Shown here: one piece after another, positions 27,901 to 41,674 of the stretch
Layout: every line of letters starts with the position of its first letter
How positions within the stretch are numbered: position 1 is the stretch's first letter
Assembly (NCBI GenBank): GCA_051294375.1
Contig: CM119271.1
Location: 14,638,770-14,702,769 of the forward strand
From: Paraspadella gotoi
Lineage: Eukaryota; Animalia; Chaetognatha
Direction: 5' to 3'
Length of the DNA stretch: 64,000 nt
Program-made: the position numbers and the translations under genes
The notes under the pieces: generated by a model
Seen by the model: only the letters and a program-made list of their open reading frames with translations
Told to the model about the DNA's origin: nothing
The model's database searches: none

Positions 27901-30900
27901 TGCGCCAGGCGATCCTCGTATCCCAAATACTCCTCGATCATGTCCAGGGATGCGAGGCTCTGACTGAAAACGAGCACCTTGTCTCCCACCGACTCGGACT
28001 CTCGAAGTATCGTGATCAACATGAGCATCTTGCCCGAGAGTTCCGGCTTGGAGAGATCGCCCTCCTCGGGGCAGGCGGCCTTCACCAGGTTCGTCCACCA
28101 GTACTCTTCCTCCTTGGGCGGCGTGGGACTGCGGCTCGGTGCCTCGCCGTCTTTGCGCGTGCAGGCCCGGCGCCGTCGTCCGGTGCGCGTGAACTCTGGC
28201 GAAGAATCTTTGTTCTTTCGTTGTTTCTTTTTGGTTTTTCCGTCGACATCGTCGTCATTGTCGTCGGCGATGAGTTTGTCGTCTTTTTCGATCTCTCTCT
28301 TCCTCCTCTCCTTCTTTTCCCTCTTCCTCTTCTTTCTCTCGTCCTCTTCTTCCCCTTCCTTCTCTCCTTCCTTCTCTCCTTCCTTCTTCTTCCTCTTTTT
28401 CTTCTTTTTCTTCTTCTTCGTCGAAGTCTTTTCGTCTTCGCAGATGATGTCGCTGTCGTCGTCGGACGAGGACGACGACGAGGAGGACGTGGCCTCCGAG
28501 GAGGAGATGACCTCCTCCTCTTCCGACTCCTCGATCCACTTGTACTGATCCCGGATGTCGGCGCGGCGCTGGGCGATGGCGAGACATTGGGGGTGCGTCC
28601 AGATGCGGGACAAGTATTGATAGTCCTGTAGGTGGGGGAGGGGGGAAGGAAATGAAAAAATTCCAATACGAGACGCTAGTTTAGTGGCCAAGAAACAAAA
28701 AAATTGGATCGTCCGAAAAACTTACCTGAAAGAGGCGGCCGCCGGCTCCCAACTTGCGCTCCTTGTCGGCGGCGGGATCTTTGTTGTGGACGAACTTTTC
28801 GAGATATTCCTGGTAGAGTTGAATCTGAAGAGGCGAGAGGCGAACCTTGATCACGTACTCGTGCTTCGGTGCCAGAAATTTCGTCAGGGCTGAAAGAAAA
28901 GTTTCCTGGTTTTACCGAGAACGATTAAATGAATTCATAGGCCAACCCTTTTACCCGAATAGTCTCTCCGTTGAACGCAACCGTCCAACATCTCGTGAAG
29001 GATGTGGGCGCGCTGCTTCATGAGCTTAACGTCGAAAGCGGAGGAGTCTTTCCCTTGGCCGGAGTTGATGGGATTCACGAACCGATTGAGAAATTCCTAA
29101 GAAAACATCGAAATACGTTTGTTTCATTTAAAATTTGAGCCGGTATATGAATTTAAATTAATATTGGAGCGAATATTGAAGATAATACAGAATGATGATA
29201 ATGTAATAATGTACTAATATGACGCAAATTTTTCAATTACGATTGTACCCAAAACCCAAAACTCATTAACGTTCAAGTTTTGGCTAGTCCATTCCAACCC
29301 GCTATACAATAATTAACGATACGGATACGGATCCCGGATAGGCCTAAATAATTATTATTACCTGATATAAAATTAAAGTAGTAATAGGAAATTATTTAAT
29401 TCGACATATTTATATATCCTCGACTACCTTTTTGGTGCCAAGGAGATTGGGTTTGACGAACTGCACCATGCAATGATACTCGACGAGGTTGTTCTGCAGC
29501 GGCGTCCCCGTGAGAGAGATCCGTCGCTTCGTCTTCACCGTCGACATCACTTTGCTGATGGCCGTCGCCTCGTTCTTGAGAAGGTGACCCTCGTCGCAAA
29601 CGATCAGGTCAGCCCCTTAATTCAAATGTTAATGTTAAACGTTTCTCTGCGATGCCTTCGAAATCATTTCCAAACACCCATCCCCCCCTCCTCTTGCGCA
29701 CCCGGATCGATGAGGCATTTTTCCAAAGTGTCCCTGAGTTTCTTCTGTCTAACGTGAGTGCCGGAGGCGAGGTTCCTAAACATGTCGTAGCCCAGGATCA
29801 TCACGCCTCCATCGTCTTGCCATTCCTACGTAAAAAACTTTTGTTTTAATACAAAATGGATTGATTATGTCAATCTAATTTGCATATGGTCTATTTCATT
29901 TCATAGTTTATAAAAATTGAACATAATGATTCATTGGAGAGTTTGAGACATTTAGCAATAATAATTAATACTTTAATTAAATTAGTATCGCACTTCTAGG
30001 AACCAAACGTTAGGAATCTAATTAAGATCGAATAAAATAAGACCAAAAGACCAAGACCATTTTACCTGTAAATACTCGGCCCGCCGTCGGTTGTCTTTGA
30101 TGGAAGACATTTCGTAGATGTCGAGGGAATCTTGAGGAACCCACTTGACGAACTCGTCCACCTGGAAGAAGTTACGACCGTTGGGGATCGATTAAGGAAA
30201 ACAGGAAAACCGTTGGGGATCGATTAAGGAAAACAGGAAAACCGTTGGGGATCGATTAAGGAAAACGGGAAAACCGTTGGGGATCGATTAAGGAAAACAG
30301 GAAAACCGTTGGGGATCGATTAAGGAAAACAGGAAAACCGTTGGGGATCGATTAAGGAAAACAGGAAAACCGTTGGGGATCGATTAAGGAAAACAGGAAA
30401 ACCGTTGGGGATCGATTAAGGAAAACAGGAAAACCGTTGGGGATCGATTAAGGAAAACAGGAATCGATCGAAACAAACTAAAATTAACTTATGACGCTTA
30501 CCCAGTTGAGGCAGACGTTGACGGGACAAATGACGAGGACCTTCCGGATCTTGAGGACGTCCTCGTGAGAGAGGAGCGTGTGGATGAGGGAGATGACCTG
30601 GAGCGTCTTGCCGAGACCCATGCAGTGAGCGAGGATGGCGCCGCCGCCAGCGTCGCCCGCCTTCACGCGGGTAACGCTCTCGATCACGCAGTCGTACATG
30701 AACTGAACGCCTTCCACCTGATGGGGCTTCAGGTGCTTGCAGATGCTGGCGTGATAAAGAACAAGTTATGAAAAGTTAGATTTTACGCTCTGGTAAAAAA
30801 AGGGATTAAATGTTCATTTTTTTGCCAATATTTCGATTCTTATGGGGGGAATCATTTTTTAAGGCTTCTCTGTTGTCTCTGTTCTTAGGATTCTATTTGT

Positions 30901-33900
30901 ATTTTGCTTATCTCCCTCTCATTCCCTCTTCCCCCCCTCTCTCTCTTTTCTTAAAACCAACTTAATCTCCGTATACCTCCTATATCTTCAACAACAACTG
31001 AAGATATTTTTCCCTGCTTTTCGCCCTCACCTGGGATCGACCTCGACGACGGGTTCGTTCTTCTCGTTTCTGTCGAGGACCAAAGAAGTGACCTTGGGAC
31101 ATTTGACCGGCGATGCGGGATCGTCTTCTGTCCCGACGTCGTTGTAGAGTTTCTGTTTGTCGCGGACGCGCTTCCGTCGCGCTTCTTCCGCCTCCAGCGC
31201 CGCCTTCGTCTCCTCTTGAAGTTTCGAGTCTTTGATGATCTTTCGTTTTCGTTTTCGAGGAGAATCCGCATCGGGTAATTCTTCCCCGCCTGAGGAAGGG
31301 GAAAAATGTGGGGGGAATATCATGATTGGTTGGGTTCACTAAATACAATCGACGATTGATTGGTTTAAACGTGATCTCGGGACAGAATAAAGATCAAAGG
31401 AGTTATTATGAAACTATCTATCGATCTATCGACTAGCGCGAACAAAAGGGCATTTCGTGGCGAGGCGGACCGATATGAGAATTACTTGCTCCACTCATTT
31501 AACCTCATATATTCAATAAATCACTATTTTTTTTATTTTATCTCTCTTTTAAATTAAATATTATTTGTATCATAAAGTATTTGTAATGTTTATCCATCAA
31601 TCGAACGGAGATGTTAGGGTCGTCTTCTGGAAACAGAGTGTCAGAGGGGGAATGTTATAAATGTTTCCCCCTTCCAACTTACCCGAGATTTTATCCTCTT
31701 CGCAGGAGGAATCATTCGCCTTCTTAATTCTCTTTTTCTTCTTCTTCGTCTCCTTCCCTTTCTTCTTCTTCGATTTCGTCTCGTCGTCTTCTTCGTCGTT
31801 ATCGTCGCTGATGGAAATGACGTCATCGGATTCGTCGTCGCGTCGACGTTTCCTCTTGTTTCGTTTTTTCGTCCCTGAAAACAAAAATCGTCGAGAAATA
31901 AGTAACAATAAAAATAGAGTCCTTCAATCTTATTTGCATATTGCAGCAATCAAAAAAAATATTAAAGGGAGTTTGACGTCATGATTACCTAAAAATATCA
32001 GTACGCTCATCTTTCACTTCAGACGAGTAAGCGTCCAAAACTTAAGGGAATGTTTTAGTTTATCCGACATTTAAATGCCAACGAGTAGCGAACGAAAAGT
32101 ACAATTGTATCTTATTCTTAAGAAAATTTAGAAATAACGACCTCGTAGATAAACTATTTCTTCACGTAGTTGATGATCTATGCATCTATAAAATACCATT
32201 TTAAATAACAATTCGAGCATTCGTCGGTTTTTCTTTCCCTCTCAATTTCTTACCCGAGACGAAATCCGAATCCGAATCGCTCCCAATCCTCGCTTTCTTC
32301 TTCTTCTCCGAATCCCTCTTCTTCTCCGCCCTCTCCTTCCTCTCCTCTTCCTCTTCCTCCGATTCGTCGAGGCATTCGATGACGACTTCTTCTTCGTCAT
32401 CCTCTCTGCCTCCGTCTTTCGTTGTCTTTTTCTTTTTCTTCTCTTCTTCCTTCGTCTCGCTCTCCTCGTTTTTCTTTTTCCACTTTTCCTTCTTTTCCTT
32501 TTTTTTCTTTTTCGAAGCTCCTCCTTCATCGTCGTCTTCGGCTTCGCTATTAATTTTCGCGTCGAGCAGCGTTTTGGTGTAACGACCAGTTTGACTCCTG
32601 GATGCGACGGGTCCTTTCTTTTCCTCTTCCTCCGCTTCATCCTCCGAACCAAGTCGGTCTTTGTCGGCCGCCGATCTCTCGTCGGCTTTTTCCTTTTTCT
32701 CCGTTTTTTTCTTTACTCCCACATCGCCATTTGCTTTTCTTTTTCCCTCTTTCTTTCTTTCCTCCATCTCGAACTCGACTTCGTCCTCTTCCTCGTCTTC
32801 CTCCTCGTCTTCCTCCTCCTCCATCATCGCCTTGAGATCGTTCTTCGCCGCTTCGTTCGCGTCCATCGTCTTTTCGCCGCTTTTATCGTCGCCATTGACG
32901 TTCCGTCTCCTCAAAACGTCGTCCGTCGACGTGACGCGATTATCGTCGACTCCGTCGTCGTCATCGTCGTCTCCGTCGTAATCAGAGTCGCCGTCTTCGA
33001 AGAGATCCATTCGCGATGAAGTTGTTCCCGATTCTTTCTTCTTTTTCTTCTTCGTCTTCTCGTCTCCTTTCACCTCCGCCTCGTTATCCTCCTTTTTCTT
33101 TTTCCCGGATTTTTCTCTTTCTTTCTCTTCCTCGTTTTTCTCCCCCTTTTCTTCTCGTTTCGACGTTTTTCTTTCCTTCATCTTTCCCCAATTCTTCATG
33201 TTTCTCTCCAATTCTGAATCGTGGGAATCTTCGTCTTCTTCGCCTTTGTCGTCGTCGTCTTCTTTTTCGTCGTCGTTTTCGTCGTCTTCGCTTTTCTTGA
33301 CATTCAATTTTGCACTTGTGCCTTTTTTAGCTTTTTTCCCTTTTAGATCGTCGTTTTTATCCTCATTGTCATCGTCGGCATCTTCGTCGACGTCGTCATC
33401 GTCATCCGATTCCATCATCATCTTCATCAAATCTCTCTTTGCCTTTTCGTTGTCGTCTTTTGACGTTTCCGCCTCTGCCTCTTCTTCCTCATCATTCTTC
33501 TTCTTTTTCATCTTCATCGCCGTCGGCGCTTGCTTGTCTTTCCACAGCCATGTCGGTCGCACCTTCTTCTTCCTTCCTTCGCTCCTCCTCTTCGCCTCGC
33601 TGCTTCTTTTCTCTCTCACTTTTTCGGCATCTTCTTCTTCTTCCTCTTCATCATCATCTTCTTCCTTCTTCTTCGCCTTCCTGTTCGATCTCGAAAAGTT
33701 AGGATCCTTCTCGTAACCCGTCTTTTTCTCGTCGCCGTCGCTGGAGGAAGATGAATCCTCGTCATCTTCGTCCGAAGACTCGGAGGAAATGTCGGAGACA
33801 TCGACGCGAACCACATTGTCGTCGTTTCGAACGTCCTCGACGTTGACGGACGAAAGCGAAGCGGAGGAGACGCCTTCCGTCGACGACGTCAGCTCGTTCT

Positions 33901-36900
33901 CTACCTTTAATTGGGGAGTCAAGTTTTTCGATTGAATGCTGAAATACTATTAGTATCAATATTTTAAGTTCATAACTTTTGAAAAATACTTCTATTTTAT
34001 ATGATAGAAATCAATTCTTTGGTTGAAAAGGATATTTCTAAACCTCGCGTTATAAACATCGCCTGCCTCATCTCATCTCTAAAACTAAAAAAGCTAATGC
34101 AACTCTCAGATTCTTTAAGTGAATTATAAAACCAAGTGGAACTGCTGGCGACGAATTCGTATAGACGTCGACGGAATCCAGATGGAATCGGGATGGAACC
34201 GATCCACTAAGAACATTATAAATTCAGTTTACATATAAATCATTGTCTTTATCGTGTTGCTTTATTATCTTTTTTTGACCCGTTTTACTATACAGTGAAA
34301 TGAGTACCGTGTTGTTATCAATAAATAAGTGTCAGAATACGTGGTTCTAGTTCTCAGTTCCATACAACATAAGACTGTTGCTTCTGTCGACCGCGTTCAA
34401 CTAGACTAATGTTTTTGGTTCTTTTTATCTCCATATTATTTACACCGTGGATTTCGACCGAGCCTTGTCCTGGAGCCAGATTCTGCTGGCGCTTGAGACT
34501 TGGTTGGCCTTTTTGGAGTGTCCTTGCGCACGCGCTGTCCAACGCTTCGACGTTGTAAAGACGGCAGGTCCCTGCGATTGCAAGTAACACTTTGTCGCGT
34601 GGTATTATCTGGATGACTTGACAACAGGCTCAACAACGTCCCTGACTAAGAAGTCGGAGGAGCCGACTCCATCATAAACATTTTGTCCAAAGAACAATTT
34701 TTTTAAACTTTTGCTAGCAATTAAAGAATTAAAAAATACTATAGTGCTAAACTCAGTTAAAAAGATTGAAAAATATGGTCTTTCTCTCTCCCTCCGCCTC
34801 TCTTAATTTCCTTAAAAAGTCGTCTGTGCATTTGATTCAAGTATATATTCAAGAACAATCGAAAAATACAGCAAATCCATTATTCAATTAAATTTTTTGC
34901 TTCGCTCAATGATCGTCTGCCCCTACAAAGCCCGCACGCCATCCACGAAAATTGAATTTCGTTCTTCTGCTTCTTGGCGTGCCTGGACTTGACCAAAATC
35001 GTCAAGTAGGCTCTTCCATTGTAGACGCCTTTCAGCCAGATGTTGGTCATCACGGCATTGTCCACGGACTTGGTGATCCCAAACGTGAAGGCGGGGACTT
35101 TGAAGAATGGTCGAGAGAACTTGACGAGTTTTATGACTTTGCGCCCAGTCGGGATTCTGGAAACGAACTGCTGGCCCGACTCGCAGCTGAAATAAATCGG
35201 GGCTGGAGGAGGAGGTTGACAAATGATAACTTGAAAACATTATACATTATACCATTATAACATTATACCACTTCATCGATAGGGAAGCCGGTATAAACTA
35301 GACTGTGAGAGAGTCTTGATTGAAAGTTTGCAGGGACCTGATATGACATTATCTTGTAAGAGTGATGGAGGCCTTAAACCACCGAAGCCTGTCCAAAGTC
35401 AGGGTCAAGATGGCTTATTTATTAAATGAATGGATAATTTTTATATTGGTTGTACCAATTGCATAGAAGGAAAAAAATATATTTTGCGAAGAGTAGAAAC
35501 TAGAGAATGTATCGCTAGACAAAATATACCGAGGGGCAGGAGGAGAAGTGTGGATAAGGCGCTAAGTGGGGCTGAAGAGTGCTAACCGCAACTTCTTTAA
35601 CCTCCTTTAGCAGCCATGGCAAGGGTCCTGGGCTTAGAACTAGGCTTGAGGGTTTTCCACGTCTGCAAGGCGGCTTACGGCCGTCCTCACGCTTCCCGCA
35701 GGGTAGGTACAGTATCGGTTTTGAAGAACCTGGAAAAGTCCAGGGAGGCTGTAACTTTTTTGTAAATGCTGTAAATCAGCTGAAAATCGAATACGGGTTA
35801 GACCTGAGGGTGGTTTATTCCCCATAAGAGTTTGAGCCACTTTAAAAAAAAAATAGTGAATGGGCATTTTTTTTGACAAAAAATTAATTTGCATACTGTA
35901 AAAAAAATATGGTAGTAAATACTCTTATATTATGGTGATATAACCGGGAGGGGTTGCCTAAACCAGTGGTAAAACAAAATGATCAAATACAGCTTTGTTA
36001 AAACTCATTTGCATACAGTAGCAATATATTTTTTTATAATATTGTATTTTCAGTCTTATGATAATTTAAAAAAAAATTATTTCAAATAATAGCTAACTGA
36101 TACACCAATAATATACAATGCATAAAATAGAATATTTGTTATTCTTTAATCCAAAATTAATTTTCAACAAATTATAAAAATATGCATTTTTTTGAACAAA
36201 TGTTTTTTTAAAAATAGTAATTATGCCAACCACTGATTACACTGATTACAAATATATAATTTTTTTTTTAAATACAACTACTATATTATGAAATATAACC
36301 CTTCAAAACCTTAAAAAATACAGAAAAACACCCTTAATTCAAACTTTAATAAAAACCGTTCCAATGATATTACATCTCTCATACTTTAATACATATCTTT
36401 GTTAAGGAATGACTGCACAGGAAGGCGAAAAATAGATGGATGAACTATATCAGCTTGTAATTGAATAATGTACTCTTGCTTAATAAGGCGGAACAAAGTA
36501 AAATTTTTATTTTTTAAGAACCGATTCAGATAGCCCATAAAAAGTTTTCTACACAAAGTATAATGCATTTTTCAATATTTTGATGATAAGTGGGTCAAAT
36601 AACGGAAAAACTCTTTAAAATCATCATCATCATCGTCCTACCATAATTTTTATAGTTAATATTAAGCAATAAAACAATAAAATTTGAAAATCTTGTAATA
36701 ATATTTTTCATTTATTTTTTCAATCTCTACCCGAATCCGCTTGTAAAAATTCTGATTTTGAAAAAAAAAATTTCGTGATTTATAGTAATACGATAAACTT
36801 TAAATGCTTCTATATTATTTACTATATATAAAATCTTAATTTTTTTTTCAATTCATCATCCCACAGGGATGCTCTAACGTTATTTATATTACAGAACTCT

Positions 36901-39900
36901 TAGTTTTTACTTTGTTCCGCCTTATTAAGCAAGAGTATATTATTCAATTACAAGCTGATATAGTTCATCTATCTATTTTTCGCCTTCCTGTGCAGTCATT
37001 CCTTATCGAAGTTATCTATAACTTTCACACAATAAACCTGATGGTTCTCCTTGATATGTATTAAAGTATGAGAGATGTAATATCATTGGAACGGTTTATA
37101 TTAAAGTTTGAATTAAGGGTGTTTTTCTGTATTTTTTAAGGTTTTGAAGGGTTATATTTCATAATATAGTAGTCGTATTTAAAAAAAAAATTATATATTT
37201 ATAATCAGTGCACCAAGGACAGTTAGTTGGCATAATTACTATTTTTAAAAAAACATTTGTTCAAAAAAATGCATATTTTTATAATTTGTTGAAAATTAAT
37301 TTTGGATTAAAGAATAACAAATATTCTATTTTATGCATTGTATGTTATTGGTGTATCAGTTAGCTATTATTTGAATTAATTTTTTTTTAAATTATCATAA
37401 GACTGAAAATACAATATTATAAAAAAATATATTGCTACTGTATGCAAATGAGTTTTAACAAAGCTGTATTTGATCATTTTGTTTTACCACTGGTTTAGGC
37501 AACCCCTCCCGGTTATATCACCATAATATAAGAGTATTTACTACCATATTTTTTTTACAGTATGCAAATTAATTTTTTGTCTAAAAAAATGCCCATTCAC
37601 TATTTTTTTTTAAAGTGGTTCAAACTCTTATGGGGAATAAACCACCCTCAGGTCTAACCCGTATTCGATTTTCAGCTGATTTCCAGCATTTACAAAAAAG
37701 TTACAGCCTCCCTGGACTTTTCCAGGTTCTTCAAAACCGATACTGTACCTAGTTGGGATTGAACCCAGTACCTCGTGGTCATGAGCTGATGGCTTTACTC
37801 AATGAGCCATCGGGTCACGACTGAAGGTGTCATGCTTATAGGCGGGGTGAACCTAGGCAATGCCCGACTACAGAAGAAACGAAGAAGAAGAAGAAGAAGA
37901 GGAGAATGGGTCCGCAAGCTAAATCCTCCTCCGGATAATAAAAACAAACTGCGAAAGCCACGAACAGGCGACCTTTGCCGCCGCGGTAAATTTTCACATT
38001 ACGACTTACCATTATTCGCGTTCATCAATCGGTTCCACGGCATGAGACGCGACATCACCGACGGTGGAGGATCATCCATATTATCGTCGTCGGTTTCCAT
38101 GTCTGTCGCGGAAAAAAAAAACGAGTTAAATCTTGAAGGGCGGAATCGATGTGATCGATGCTCACCTGCGAGTGCGCAATTGGTCGCCGCGAACAAGAGA
38201 ATCCAAACGAGAACTTTCATCTTCCTTTTTCGAAATGACAAAAGTAAAAAAAAGTAAAAAAAAGAAAAAAAAAAAAAAGTAAAAAAAAATCCGCAAAAGC
38301 TAAGCCCCGTTTGAGGCGATATAAGGATTTTGTAAGGGACGTGTTTGTTATCTGGATAATCCCGTAAGAGTCGTTAATTCGTTGTCTAACGATCGAGCGT
38401 CGGTGCGAGGTGCCCGAAAAAATACGGATGTGAAAAAAAAAATTTGAAAGCGGAAAATTTCGCGGAAAAAAGTTTTAAGCGATTGTTTGAAACGATTAAA
38501 AATCTAAGTAAAAATGTTTGACTTGAGGCGAGCTAACCCTTGCGTCTTCTAGAGACTGTTTGACTACTATCGTATACTCGTAACTTACGTGATTCTGATT
38601 TCCTAAAAGATCTTGACTTAAAATCAGACTTGATTCAACGTCAGGCATCATTCCATATTTGAACACTATGAATCTTTGATACCCAGTAATAGATGGGAAT
38701 CCGAATTTTTTTTCTGTAAAGTTATTGACGCCTGTATCTTGATGTATTTATGTACACCTAAATGTCCGGAACAAAACTGTTCCTTCTAACTTAAGTATAA
38801 TAACTAAAAAAAACGGCATACGAAAATTGGCGCGCAAATCTTGGCACTATTCTCATGGGAAGGACTAATACATACCTGCGAGATGACGGATTTGATGGTC
38901 TTCAAGATCTTCGCGACGTCTGTTCCGACCTTGAGCATCGTCCGCCGCCGATCCAACGCCGACTTCTTCTTGCGTTCCGCTTCCTTCAAGTCTCCACGGA
39001 CAGACTTCATAAGCTTCGACCAATGATGGACTCCGCGGTCCAGACGAGATATCTGGTTTGGTTGAAAAGGAACAAGCGACAATGAAAACCAGGGGCTGCG
39101 CCAAAACATGTAAATCGCTTTCAAGGGCATAAACTGAACTGTTACTGCGGCACTAACAACATTTTGGTACTTGAAAAAATATTTTGTAAATTATATATTA
39201 TACAATTATACATTATATAATTATACCCCGTGAGCCAAATCCGATGATACGAAAGAAACCACTACCGTACTTTACTGAGTAGAGATAGACTTACTCAGAT
39301 TTTTTTAAATGATAAATACTAACTTCTTGACTTTTTTATGTATAAATTTTATTTTAATCAATTATCATTAACAACAAAGTTGGTAAAGTCGCCAAATTGT
39401 CGGCGAATCATAGTATTTGCTAAAAATTGAGTGCAATGAATAATTTTGTATTGTCTTTAAGGCAGTGTTACAGATATATTGGTGTTTTTTTGCCCACTAT
39501 TAAGTCCATAAACCTCTTGGTTCCTGAGAGAATGATGCTCCAGCCTTTATTCAAATAATTATAGCTGGCTGAATAAGCAATTTCCAAGACTGCTTTTTTC
39601 TGCCAAAAGATTATTGGCAAGACAAAGATGTCAATTCACTGCCTATAATTAGCTTGTCCTATATTGAAAAACTAAAGAAAGAGAAGTGCTTATATAAGGG
39701 TTTGTTTGTTTGTTTGTTTGTAAATGAGATTGAGAGATTCAATCTCATTTAAGATCATATTAAATAATCATCTCTTACACTTATGGCAAGACAATTTTAA
39801 AAATTGGTAGTTTAAGCTCGATAGAGTAACCAGTGAATCACAGCAACCACTGCATAACAGTAATTATAATTATAATATATATATATATAATATAATTATA

Positions 39901-41674
39901 ATTTTTCAAGAAAAATCAGTTTCAGGTTCCAACCTGTAAAATCTTATTTTTTTATTTTTGTGATTAAGAACTAGAAAGGTTTGTAAGCAGAAACCAAAGT
40001 TGTTATGAGCATTCAATTTTTGTAATGGTAAAAAATTAGAGCTGCTTTGGGACAAGGTTTTATGCTCCATGAAGAAGAATTTTTTCTAGCGATGCTGAAT
40101 TTTTTGTACTGGTTTTGATAGCATTATGAGAATGTTTTAAAGCAATGTTTTGAACTTTTTAAAAACGTCAATGATTTTTAATTCAATTGGTGCTATAAAT
40201 TTTTCTTATTGGCGTATAGTTTACGTATAATTAATTTTTCTTTCGTATCATCGGATTTGGCTCACGGGGTACGTTCTCATGTTTTTAGTAGGATTATCGA
40301 AAATATAAACGTCAGGTAAAATCATTGTAATAAATAAATAATTTAGAGAGTAGAATATTCAGTAATAATAAATATTGATTTTACCTTAAAAAAAAAAAGA
40401 TTGAGGGGAGACACAACGAGAAAAACTCGTCAAGACATAAGTATTAAGTAAACCCTTACCGCCGAGGAAACGCCGTCGAGTTTGAGATTAACAGCCGCCT
40501 TTTCGGCGGGGCCGTCCTCCAATTTGTTCAAGACCCGATTCGCCTCCCGGACGAGGCTCTCTAACGGCTTGGGGTCGCAGACTAGGCATCGCCACTCCTC
40601 CGATGCTTCGATGCTCTTCATCTTTTCACGTCCGAGATTTCGTTTCAGGCAAGATCTGCATCGACGACAGACGATTATTAATTCTCTCGCTCTCGCTCAC
40701 TCTGACCGATTCTCACCGGCAAAAGACGTGGGGACAACTGTCGCACATGAGAACGTTGCCTCCCTCTGCGCACAATTGGCAGTGAAGTTCGGTGCCGTCC
40801 TCGTCGCGCTCGAACTCCCCATCGAAGTAGAACTGAAGGTTTTCGGAAAAAAAACGACGCATTTTTTTACGAATACTAAACATAACAGTAAACATAACCA
40901 TCGTTAAAAAGGTCAACAAAAAGGTGTACTTTGTAACATCTCCGACACACGATGGTGTTGAGCGTGGGGTGGCGCTTGACGCGGTGCTTGGCGGCGGGCG
41001 TCTGCTTGGCGCAGGCGGTGCAGAAGACGGACTCGACGGTCTCGCCCGACTTGGGGTCGAGCATCATCTGCGATTTGGACTTCATCGAAGGTTTGGAGGC
41101 GGACGGGCGATCGCCGTTGATGGCGGCGGATGGGATCTCATCGGAGTCACTGGGAGGAAAGCGCAAAAGGTAGTAATCTCGAAATTTTTCATTGGTTAAG
41201 AGAGTCTCGATTCACGCTTAACATTCGTTCTACACAAAGGCTTCTCTATTAAGAAGATACACAAGAATTGATAGAGTGCAATCGCTTTACCACAGTTCAA
41301 AAACTAACAACAACCAAATCAAAAGCCCCAAACCTGCTTCCGTTTTCGTCTTCCTCGCATGATTCTTTTTTTTCCTCCTCGTCTTTTTCCTCATCCTCCT
41401 CCTCCTTCCTCCTCTTCCCTTCCCCCTTTCCATTAGACTTAAACGTCGTTTCGGCGTCTGCGGCGGCGCGCCGCTGCGGGACGAACTTGACGCCGTTGGT
41501 CAGTTTCGACGCCGAGGGATTCGACGTCGTTTTCGTCGTCTTCGCGGAATTTTTGAGCGAAGCGCATTTGGGTCCGGGTTTTCGTTTACAAATTTCGATC
41601 CCTGATGAAGAAGACTTTGATCGAACGTCGTCGTCGTCGACGATCACCTCGACGCCGTTTCGATCGCTCGGCAT
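24992..41674 (-). CDS. ATRX: ATRX chromatin remodeler (ADD domain plus SNF2 helicase) with an unusual C-terminal extension
   Basis: ADD domain: [46 protein letters not shown]. Helicase motifs: [57 protein letters not shown]. Long K/E/D-rich linker. Confidence 0.95.
30177..30463. repeat. Intronic minisatellite, 32-bp unit, about 9 copies
   Basis: ACCGTTGGGGATCGATTAAGGAAAACAGGAAA repeated head to tail at 30177, 30209, 30241 ... 30433, with one substitution seen. Confidence 0.97.
34880..38220 (-). CDS. Secreted H-type-lectin-like protein nested in an ATRX intron; middle exon(s) unresolved
   Basis: Signal peptide exon [18 protein letters not shown] (38220-38166), exon DMETDDD...NANN, and last exon 35186-34880 CESGQQF...[17 protein letters not shown]...IQFSWMACG. 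Linking them requires a phase-changing exon I could not fix. Confidence 0.6.
35530..37816 (-). mobile_element. tRNA-derived SINE-like element, split by the foldback insertion
   Basis: Head 37816-37748 has an A box (TGGCTCATTGAG), a CTCATGA anticodon-like loop and a B box (GGTTCAATCCC). A GC-rich body continues from 35707 to about 35530; the 3' boundary is approximate. Confidence 0.62.
35710..37745. mobile_element. Non-autonomous Tc1/mariner-type foldback element with about 800-bp inverted arms
   Basis: Termini CAGTATCGGTTTTGAAGAACC... and ...GGTTCTTCAAAACCGATACTG, flanked by TA on both sides. Arms about 35710-36505 and 36905-37745 are near-identical reverse complements around a ~400-bp spacer. 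Confidence 0.92.
39226..40269. mobile_element. MITE/non-autonomous DNA transposon, ~33-bp TIRs, TA target duplication
   Basis: TA|CCCCGTGAGCCAAATCCGATGATACGAAAGAAA ... TTTCTTTCGTATCATCGGATTTGGCTCACGGGG|TA, inside an ATRX intron. Confidence 0.9.

Noticed and set aside
30177-30463. CRISPR-like array
   Set aside because: Units are contiguous with no unique spacers, the context is a eukaryotic intron and there are no cas genes.
18182-33754. Long plus-strand ORFs (for example 18887-19579, 27979-28548, 33198-33716)
   Set aside because: They are antisense shadows of low-complexity, GC-rich minus-strand exons, giving poly-S/F translations with no motifs.
37748-37816. Functional tRNA-Met gene
   Set aside because: The acceptor and anticodon stems pair poorly and the sequence continues into a SINE-like body.
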